A DNA stretch of 14,052 nt, taken from positions 1 through 14,052 of the forward strand of contig CAZJUB010000069.1 in NCBI GenBank assembly GCA_964549075.1, written 5' to 3'. Below the pieces are notes generated by a model. The model did no database searches. It was not told the origin of the DNA and was given only the letters and a program-made list of their open reading frames with translations. The position numbers and the translations under genes were made by a program. The stretch is from an uncultured archaeon (lineage in GTDB: Archaea; Asgardarchaeota; Heimdallarchaeia; Heimdallarchaeales; Heimdallarchaeaceae). Below, in pieces: positions 7,890-14,052 of this stretch; within the stretch, counting starts at the first letter, position 1, and each line of letters opens with the position of its first letter.

Positions 7890-8738
7890 ATGGAGACTTT
7901 TCCGAATTGTTTAGACTGTATCAAAAATGCTGCTGAAAGAACACTCAAAGAATTACAACTCGTATCTAAAGAAGAAGATAGGGTGATGAAGAAAGTTTTA
8001 GATTATTTAGACAATGCAAATCTTTCTCTAACACCAATGGAAATAGGTTTTGGAATGTTTGAAATAATTCGGCATGAAACTGGTGTAATAGATCCTCTAA
8101 AATCTCTAAAGAAAGAGTCAAATCACAATGCTCTGGAACTGGTTTCTAAAGCTAAAAGAATCATAGATGAAAGTGATGATCCACTTTATACAGCGCTTAA
8201 AGTTTCTATTGCAGGAAATATAATTGATTTTGGTGTAAAATCTGAATATAACCTCTCTGAAACACTAGATGAAGTGCTAGAGAAAGAGCCATTTATAGAT
8301 AACTATGAATTACTCGTGAGGGAATTATCAAAAGCTAAAACACTTACTTTTCTTGCTGATAATGCAGGAGAGATTGTCTTTGATAAACTGTTGCTTGAAA
8401 GAATAGTTAATTCTTATTCATTAGAAAAAATATTCTTGGTATTAAAGAAGTATCCTTTTGGAAATGATATCGTTGTTGAAGATATCTCTGATTTGAAATT
8501 CGAAGAAATACCAGGTCTTGAGATTATTTCTTTGAATAATCTTTTGAATAAGAATTATACAAAACAAATGAAAACTTTCATCGATCAAGCTGATGTAATT
8601 ATTGCGAAAGGTCAAGGAAATTTTGAATTATTATATGATGATCAATTCGGATTATTTTTCTTGTTCATAGTCAAATGTAATGTTGTCAAGGATATTTTAA
8701 AATGCGAAAAAGAAGACATCTTAATAGCTTTCCAATGA
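7890..8738 (+). CDS. DUF89/ARMT1-like damage-control metal-dependent phosphatase
   Basis: N-terminal CxxC (CLDC), GNIIDFG, LADNAGEIVFD, P..ND, IIAKGQGNFE, FLF.VKC.V motifs. Confidence 0.9.
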   Translation: METFPNCLDCIKNAAERTLKELQLVSKEEDRVMKKVLDYLDNANLSLTPMEIGFGMFEIIRHETGVIDPLKSLKKESNHNALELVSKAKRIIDESDDPLYTALKVSIAGNIIDFGVKSEYNLSETLDEVLEKEPFIDNYELLVRELSKAKTLTFLADNAGEIVFDKLLLERIVNSYSLEKIFLVLKKYPFGNDIVVEDISDLKFEEIPGLEIISLNNLLNKNYTKQMKTFIDQADVIIAKGQGNFELLYDDQFGLFFLFIVKCNVVKDILKCEKEDILIAFQ

Positions 8739-8767
8739 ATATCTATTGTCTCTGATCCAATAAATCT

Positions 8768-9718
8768 CTATAATTCTTTTACTACTGGGATTATTTCACT
8801 TCCAATAATTCTTAAAGGTTCTATCTCATGAACATTGGGCATATTGAAGATAACATGTTGACAACCAACATTACTTAGTTTTTTACAAAGAGACAGTACT
8901 TCTTTTGTTTTCATTGCTTCAGGATCAACTTCAATATAAGTGGTGACAGTTTTTTCTATCTCTTCATATGGCCTTCCCACATCCTCACAGTGTTTCTTTA
9001 GAACATTAAACTTGTGTTTTACACGATCAACAAATATATCCCATGTTATCCCTTCTCGAGTAAGATCTCCAGCATCTTTTAATGTTGTACCTATAACTAT
9101 ATTGCACGCATCTCCGTATCTAGCTACTAGCTTCAAAGTCTTTCTCTCTCCAGAACCTCCTATTAAAATTGGCGGGTGAGGTTTAGTGATAGGTGGTGGA
9201 TTATTCATAGGTTCTTGAAGCGTGTAAAATTTTCCTTTGAAGGGATCACTTTTCTTATAGTTGTACATCCTTTGAATAATTTTCAAGGTCTCTTCCAACA
9301 TCTCAAAACGAACTTTTAAAGAAGGAAATTTATAACCATAACCTACAGCTTCCCTTCCAAACCAACCTGCACCTAGACCTAAGTATGCACGTCCTTTTGA
9401 CAATACATCAAGTGTTGTGATCATCTTAACCAGCAACGCAGGATTTCTGAAAAAATTACATGTGACTTGAGCACCAAGTTTGATGGTTTTGGTTTTAGCA
9501 GCAAGATAAGCGATAGTAGTGTAAGCTTCTAACATCTCATCTTCAACAGGACCATGGATATATCCATAATGAGTACCAAGTTGAAAGATGTGATCCATAA
9601 CCCATATGCTGTAAAAACCTGATTGTTCTGCAGTTTGAGCAATTTCTGTAAGTGTGTCAGAGATATTTTCTGGACTTCCTGGCCAATGAAATTTACCTAT
9701 ATGTAATCCTACATGCAT
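8768..9718 (-). CDS. LLM-class (luciferase-like) flavin/F420-dependent oxidoreductase, Rv1855c-like
   Basis: WVMDHIFQ, MLEAYTT, FRNPALLVKMITTLDVLSKGRA.LGLGAGW, PPILIGGSGERKTLKLVARYGDACN. Confidence 0.9.
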   Translation of the reverse strand: MHVGLHIGKFHWPGSPENISDTLTEIAQTAEQSGFYSIWVMDHIFQLGTHYGYIHGPVEDEMLEAYTTIAYLAAKTKTIKLGAQVTCNFFRNPALLVKMITTLDVLSKGRAYLGLGAGWFGREAVGYGYKFPSLKVRFEMLEETLKIIQRMYNYKKSDPFKGKFYTLQEPMNNPPPITKPHPPILIGGSGERKTLKLVARYGDACNIVIGTTLKDAGDLTREGITWDIFVDRVKHKFNVLKKHCEDVGRPYEEIEKTVTTYIEVDPEAMKTKEVLSLCKKLSNVGCQHVIFNMPNVHEIEPLRIIGSEIIPVVKEL

Positions 9719-9848
9719 GTGATGTTGTAATCTTTCTCGCTTTAATTCTTTTTGCCAAATTTTTGAAGTATAATCTTGAGAATTTAATCTGGTTTCTCAT
9801 AATAGTTTTAAGTGTCTGATTATATCTTCTCAAATAGAAGTGATAAAA

Positions 9849-10784
9849 ATGATTAATACTGTTTTGGGACCGATTTCAGAAGAAGAGTTGGGTATAACCT
9901 TAATGCACGAACACATTGTCGTTGATATCAAAGGTGCAGACCGTGAGGAAAGAGAATATACAACAGAGGAAGTAGTAGAGTATGTTTTACCTTATTTGAA
10001 AGAAGTGAAAGATAAAGGTTGTCAGACAATAGTTGAAGCTACTCCTCTCGGTCTTGGAAGAGATTTAGATGTCTTAATTGAATGCTCTAAGAAATCAGGA
10101 TTAAATATCATCACCTGTACTGGAGCTTGGGATGGGGGTGATGTAAAAGGACTAAGTGTTCCAAAAATTATTAAAGAAAGCGAAATTGATGAAATAGCTG
10201 ATATTTGGACAAAAGAGTTTGAAGAAGGAATCGAAGGTGCAGGTATTAAACCTGGATACATCAAGTTAGCTCTAGGTGATGAAGGACAAATTTTCCCTCT
10301 GCAAGAAAAAATCCTTCGAGCTGGAGCCAGAACTAGTAAGAAGACAGGTATGATCATCCAATGTCATATCTGGGAGGCATTATCTGTACCTAAAGCAATT
10401 AAAATTTTAGAAGAAGAAAATCTACCTTATGACAGATTTATCTGGGTACATGCTGATGGGCAAATGGATATGGAAAAGATTCTAGAACTTGGTAAAAAAG
10501 GTATATGGTTACAGTTTGACGGAATTGCTACAACAGAAAATTACCAGAAGTATATACCTGCTTTGAAGAAATTGGAAGAAGAAAATCTTATCGCACAATT
10601 ACTTTTTGGACAGGATTCTGGTTCATTTTGGGTAAAACCAGATGATGAAGAATGGCCAATGAGACCTTACGTGAGATTCTTTAGAGATTTTGTTCCATAT
10701 TGCATGAAAGAAGGAATAGATGAGGGATTATTCAAGAAAGTCATTACAGAGAATTCAAGAAAGGCACTTACAATCAAAAAATAA
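9849..10784 (+). CDS. Phosphotriesterase/lactonase family amidohydrolase
   Basis: INTVLGPI, TLMHEH (HxH), EATP.GLGRD, GYIK (bridging Lys position), QCH, WVHAD, GQD. I prefer ATG 9849 to GTG 9840 because GAAGTGA then serves as the SD. Confidence 0.9.
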   Translation: MINTVLGPISEEELGITLMHEHIVVDIKGADREEREYTTEEVVEYVLPYLKEVKDKGCQTIVEATPLGLGRDLDVLIECSKKSGLNIITCTGAWDGGDVKGLSVPKIIKESEIDEIADIWTKEFEEGIEGAGIKPGYIKLALGDEGQIFPLQEKILRAGARTSKKTGMIIQCHIWEALSVPKAIKILEEENLPYDRFIWVHADGQMDMEKILELGKKGIWLQFDGIATTENYQKYIPALKKLEEENLIAQLLFGQDSGSFWVKPDDEEWPMRPYVRFFRDFVPYCMKEGIDEGLFKKVITENSRKALTIKK

Positions 10785-10832
10785 TTTAACAAATAAAGAG
10801 AAAAGAAGAAACTGATTTTTTTATTTGGTGAC

Positions 10833-10840
10833 TTTTATAA
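10833..10840 (+). promoter_or_regulatory. TATA box of the zinc-ribbon membrane protein gene
   Basis: TTTTATAA ends 26 nt before ATG 10867, the spacing expected for a leaderless archaeal transcript. Confidence 0.5.
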
Positions 10841-10866
10841 GTGTCTCAAACACACTTCAAACAGAA

Positions 10867-11268
10867 ATGATTTCTAATAGGCAAACCAATATTATCAAAG
10901 GTATTTCAGCAGGATTAATTCTTTTACTAGGTCTAGGATTGTTTTTTGCGTTTCAAAGAGGTCTTTTCGGAAATTCTTTTCCTTGGATACTGATAACTAT
11001 CATAGGTGGTGTAGTTGTTTTAATTCTATCTGGTATAATGATGATCCCAAGAGCAAGGATAAACAAACTTTCTAGAAGTCATGAAGTACGAACTGATAAA
11101 GATTATAGGATCTATCAACATCGACTGAATGAGATAGAGAAAGATTTTCAGCCTTCAGAAAAATACAGTAAAAAGATAGGGCAGAAAGTTCGATTTTGTG
11201 ATTACTGTGGAGTCAAACTTGAAAGTAATCTTGCTTTTTGTCCAAATTGCGGTCAGAAACTGGATTGA
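10867..11268 (+). CDS. Two-TM membrane protein with C-terminal zinc ribbon
   Basis: Two hydrophobic helices, then CDYCG-x9-CPNCG. I prefer ATG 10867 to TTG 10825 because of the TATA position. Confidence 0.85.
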   Translation: MISNRQTNIIKGISAGLILLLGLGLFFAFQRGLFGNSFPWILITIIGGVVVLILSGIMMIPRARINKLSRSHEVRTDKDYRIYQHRLNEIEKDFQPSEKYSKKIGQKVRFCDYCGVKLESNLAFCPNCGQKLD

Positions 11269-11520
11269 AATAACAATAAGTTTTTTGAACTTCAAGAAAA
11301 ACAAGGTCAATCTTTAAGTTTTTAAGCAAATTCAAAATACGAAGTTTCACTTCGATATCATTATTTATAAACACACATAGGTATAACGATTTGTAGAAGA
11401 TACGATTTGCAATTACAAGATATTTAGAGAAACAGCTTGAAAGGAACAAAAACTCAGCTTATTTAATAAATTTAATCTTTCAGCAATCGATTAACTACAA
11501 AAAACAACAAGGTAAGTATA

Positions 11521-11766
11521 ATGTCAAATAGAAATAGACAAAATAGTAATAGAAATAGTAATCGATCTTTTAGTAATAATCGATCAAATAATAGAGGCCG
11601 ATATGGTGGAAATAGATCAAGTTATGGTCAGAGAAAACCTGCAGAAATGCATACAGTAACTTGCTCAAAATGCGGAAAAGAAACAGAAGTTCCTTTCAAA
11701 CCTGATGGATCAAGACCAGTATATTGCAAAGAATGTTATCAACAAAATAAACCACGAAGATATTAA
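11521..11766 (+). CDS. CxxC-x17-CxxC domain protein with N/R/S/G-rich low-complexity N-terminus
   Basis: CSKCGKETEVPFKPDGSRPVYCKEC fits the CxxC-x17-CxxC family pattern including VPF.P...RPVYC. Confidence 0.92.
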   Translation: MSNRNRQNSNRNSNRSFSNNRSNNRGRYGGNRSSYGQRKPAEMHTVTCSKCGKETEVPFKPDGSRPVYCKECYQQNKPRRY

Positions 11767-11777
11767 GAATAGAAGAC

Positions 11778-11812
11778 TTTTCTTTTTATCTTAATGCTTT
11801 TTACTTTTTTTT
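11778..11812 (+). terminator. Oligo-T terminator tracts
   Basis: ttttcttttt, ttttt and T8 runs just after stop 11766. Confidence 0.5.
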
Positions 11813-11863
11813 CCTTTACACATTGCTAGTAAAATTTAAAAAATATTCATCATACTGTAAAAT

Positions 11864-12412
11864 ATGACCTCTTATATTGAAACACCTAAATGGCTAAGAA
11901 TTTTTAATATATTAGCAGGATTCATTATAGTTATCTTGGCAATCTTGAGTCTAGTTTTCATAAACGCGGATATACAGACTTTAATCATTGTCTTAGCTAT
12001 AGCATTGATAATAATGGGTATTTTCCGAATTCTAAATGGTGTTATGCAGAAATATCTCGAGTGGTACCAGAGAGTACTTAAAATCTCTGTGGGAATAATT
12101 ATCATACCAACCGCAATCGCAATCTGGGCTCTTTCAAACATAATACCTGGAAGACTGGTTTCTTTATTAGCTATCGTAATAATATTGAGTAGTATATCTA
12201 GAATAACCCTCGGTAGTATAGTTGAGGATTATCCAAACTGGTACAAAGTGTTTGTAATAGCCATAGGCTTATTAACAATTATTGCAGCAGGAATAGTTCT
12301 CCTCTTTCAATCAATCGCAGAACCAACAGTTGTTGCTTTATTAGCTGTTACTTTCATCTTTACTGGAACTGGATGGATTTATGCTGGATTCAAAAATATT
12401 GAAGAACCTTGA
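11864..12412 (+). CDS. HdeD/DUF308-like six-TM membrane protein
   Basis: Six hydrophobic helices as three repeated hairpins (PKWLRIFNILAG / EWYQRVLKISVG / PNWYKVFVIAIG). Confidence 0.8.
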   Translation: MTSYIETPKWLRIFNILAGFIIVILAILSLVFINADIQTLIIVLAIALIIMGIFRILNGVMQKYLEWYQRVLKISVGIIIIPTAIAIWALSNIIPGRLVSLLAIVIILSSISRITLGSIVEDYPNWYKVFVIAIGLLTIIAAGIVLLFQSIAEPTVVALLAVTFIFTGTGWIYAGFKNIEEP

Positions 12413-12443
12413 AATTAAAAGATTTTAAATGAGCCTAATCTCA

Positions 12444-12460
12444 TTCTTTTTTCTTTTTTT
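12444..12460 (+). terminator. Oligo-T terminator tract
   Basis: ttcttttttcttttttt about 30 nt after stop 12412. Confidence 0.5.
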
Positions 12461-12662
12461 ATATTAGTAATAGATTATTGTCTGACCAGTTTCTAGGCAG
12501 CCAGATTTATTATTCTAGTTCTAGCATTGGAATCTCTCAAGTTTTTCTTATCCCATTTTTAAGTTAATTTGATGAATTTTGCTGGTTTTCATTAGCTTTT
12601 TTGACTTTCTATAAGCTCGCTTTTATACATATTGCTTGCTTACTATTACTATCTAAACACTA

Positions 12663-12696
12663 CTATAGATACTTTTAATAGTTTTCTAATTAATTA
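12663..12696 (+). promoter_or_regulatory. Duplicated promoter block, copy 1
   Basis: ctatagatacttttaatagttttctaattaatta is 32/34 identical to 13153-13186 and contains TTTTAATA about 35 nt before ATG 12715. Confidence 0.75.
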
Positions 12697-12714
12697 AGTA
12701 TACAGTTGATAATA

Positions 12715-12975
12715 ATGGCTGAATCAGGTGCTGATGTTTGTGAAATTTGTGGATATACAACGAATAGTCATCTAGTCCACACTGCAGAAGGGCATATTTA
12801 TTGTTCGAAGCATTTTCTGCTCCATGTTTTAAATGATGAGATAGAAGAAGAGAAAATTAAACTGGAAGAAGAAAAGGTTAGATTAGAGGAAGAAAAGATC
12901 AAGCTTGAGGAAGAAAAACTTAAGTTAGAAGAAGAAAAACTTCGAGTGGAACGAGAAAAGAAACACCACAAATAG
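12715..12975 (+). CDS. Small CxxC-x17-CxxH zinc-finger protein with acidic heptad-repeat tail (paralogue A, 86 aa)
   Basis: CEICG...HLVH...YCSKH followed by (EEEKxxL)n. In-frame TTG at 12706 is an alternative start. A paralogue lies downstream. Confidence 0.85.
   Translation: MAESGADVCEICGYTTNSHLVHTAEGHIYCSKHFLLHVLNDEIEEEKIKLEEEKVRLEEEKIKLEEEKLKLEEEKLRVEREKKHHK
12844..12960 (+). repeat. Imperfect 21-nt coding tandem repeat, about 5.5 copies
   Basis: Encodes EEEKIKL, EEEKVRL, EEEKIKL, EEEKLKL, EEEKLRV, EREK, with synonymous differences between copies. Confidence 0.9.
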
Positions 12976-13152
12976 ACAAAATATGGAATTGGAATACAAA
13001 GAAGAACAGCGCAGTAGCGCATTTACCAACCTCTCCTTTTAAAGAGCTAACCTCTCGGATTTTTAAAAGCTCAATTACAACTTTTTTATATTTGATATGT
13101 ATAATGTTGATTTTATTACTCATTTTTGAAAATTATATATATAGGAACTAAG

Positions 13153-13186
13153 CTATAGATAGTTTTAATAATTTTCTAATTAATTA
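13153..13186 (+). promoter_or_regulatory. Duplicated promoter block, copy 2
   Basis: ctatagatagttttaataattttctaattaatta, 490 nt after copy 1, with TTTTAATA about 32 nt before ATG 13202. Confidence 0.75.
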
Positions 13187-13201
13187 GTTTTTTGTTTAAC
13201 T

Positions 13202-13378
13202 ATGTTTGTTGAAGATTGTGCTGAGGTTTGTGAAATTTGTGGATCTACAGCGTACAGACATCTGATTCATACAGCAGATGAAGAGTGCTATTTTACAAGT
13301 CATTATCTCATTAATGTTTTACACGAAAATGTAGAAAGAGATATTACCACGCTTGAGGAAGAAAAATATCACCATTAA
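13202..13378 (+). CDS. 58-aa zinc-finger-like microprotein (paralogue B; absent from the ORF track)
   Basis: Hand translation: MFVEDCAEVCEICGSTAYRHLIHTADEECYFTSHYLINVLHENVERDITTLEEEKYHH*. Aligns without gaps to paralogue A at 24/49 identities. Confidence 0.8.
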   Translation: MFVEDCAEVCEICGSTAYRHLIHTADEECYFTSHYLINVLHENVERDITTLEEEKYHH

Positions 13379-13478
13379 ACAAAAAATCTGCTGAAAATTG
13401 TAATATCTTTTTATTTTAAAGAATCATTATAAGAGCAGTTTGAGAAAAATTTTTATGACCTTTTCATAATTTTGATTC

Positions 13479-13751
13479 ATGGCTGTACCCGATGAAAAGA
13501 GAAAATTTAAGATATTATTGAGTTTTAGCCTCTCTTTTGCTATTTTAGGTGTATTATGCTTCAGTCTTTATACCATCCTTGAACCTTTTATAGCAGAAAT
13601 ACTCTCGATTTTACATAGAAACACTATTTATGCTCAGTATATTGTCCTTGGAGTTGGAGCAGGTTTAGTATTAATAGGTATTATAATAGGTATTTTTGCA
13701 TACAGAGAATGGAGAAGAAATAAAAAAACAATATACAACACCTTTGCATAA
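13479..13751 (+). CDS. Small two-TM membrane protein
   Basis: Two hydrophobic helices flanked by basic residues (KRKFK; RRNKK); TTTTTATG about 21 nt upstream. Confidence 0.75.
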   Translation: MAVPDEKRKFKILLSFSLSFAILGVLCFSLYTILEPFIAEILSILHRNTIYAQYIVLGVGAGLVLIGIIIGIFAYREWRRNKKTIYNTFA

Positions 13752-13873
13752 TCTTCCTATTGATCACAAATATGTTTTTGATTCCTATAAGTATCTGTAT
13801 TTATCTATACTTATCTGACTTCAGCTATTTTAATAACATTTCACTCATGTTTTCACCCCAACAATTATATTAG

Positions 13874-13917
13874 ATGAATATTTGATTATGAATAATTATT
13901 CATTGGAATTACTTCAT
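13874..13917. promoter_or_regulatory. Putative operator: perfect 16-bp palindrome with symmetric outer half-sites
   Basis: ATGAATAATTATTCAT at 13888-13903, plus ATGAA at 13874-13878 and TTCAT at 13913-13917, equidistant from the same dyad. Confidence 0.55.
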
Positions 13918-14052
13918 TACTTTGAATAAAATCACATTTAGATCGTGTTTAAATGATAACAAAGAAGAAAGTTATGAGAAAATTTGTTAAAGCAGTTTGG
14001 GTTTTCAACTGGTTTAATTCCTGTGGTTTTACTGAACTTGTACCTGTTGTGG

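Noticed and set aside
9777-9799. Inverted repeat tgagaa-N11-ttctca between the LLM and PTE genes
   Set aside because: 6-bp arms in AT-rich DNA are too weak to call without comparative data.
8940-12141. ORFs 8940-9179 (+), 10022-10357 (-), 11213-11449 (-) and 11872-12141 (-)
   Set aside because: Antisense to real genes or in AT-rich intergenic DNA, with no supporting motif.
12461-12662. Possible small gene or ncRNA in the 200-nt gap
   Set aside because: Only very short frames found on the minus strand, and no GC-rich structure.
12844-12960. 21-nt repeats as a CRISPR array
   Set aside because: Head-to-tail with no spacers, in frame within a CDS, and varying synonymously.
12798-13123. Minus-strand ORFs 12798-13022 and 12920-13123
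   Set aside because: They overlap paralogue A antisense. The Ser repeats mirror the Glu codons, and the paralogy supports only the plus strand.
12730-13366. Paralogue pair as the template and variable repeats of a diversity-generating retroelement
   Set aside because: Mismatches involve all four bases rather than adenines only, and no reverse transcriptase is in the window.
13953-14052. Open frame from ATG 13953 to the window end (MITKKKVMRKFVKAVWVF...)
   Set aside because: Only 33 codons visible, no SD or motif, and competing open frames on the minus strand; it needs the adjacent sequence.
1-14052. tRNA, rRNA, IS, integrase or defence genes
   Set aside because: No GC-rich structured RNA segment, transposase, recombinase or nuclease motif recognised by eye; a covariance-model and HMM search would be needed to exclude them fully.

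Overview
AT-rich, gene-dense window that looks archaeal: GGTGA-type Shine-Dalgarno sites, TATA-like boxes about 22-35 nt before several starts, and oligo-T tracts after genes. The gene content suggests an Asgard (Heimdallarchaeia-like) chromosome, but that is inference. In order it carries: a 5'-truncated acidic protein, a DUF6544-like protein, an unassigned 158-aa protein, a DinB-family protein, two coupled GNAT genes, a 1093-aa surface protein (nine FN3-like repeats, an Ig-like domain and a VPEF-TM-basic sorting tail), a DUF89/ARMT1-like phosphatase, an LLM/F420-type oxidoreductase divergent from a phosphotriesterase-family enzyme, and several small zinc-finger and membrane proteins. The least explained element is a 490-bp-offset duplication of a promoter plus zinc-finger microprotein at 12663-13378. 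The second copy is missing from the ORF track, the promoters are 32/34 identical, and the proteins differ in metal-ligand layout and in having or lacking a heptad-repeat acidic zipper. I saw no CRISPR array, tRNA/rRNA or transposase. Family calls come from recognised motifs, not database searches.
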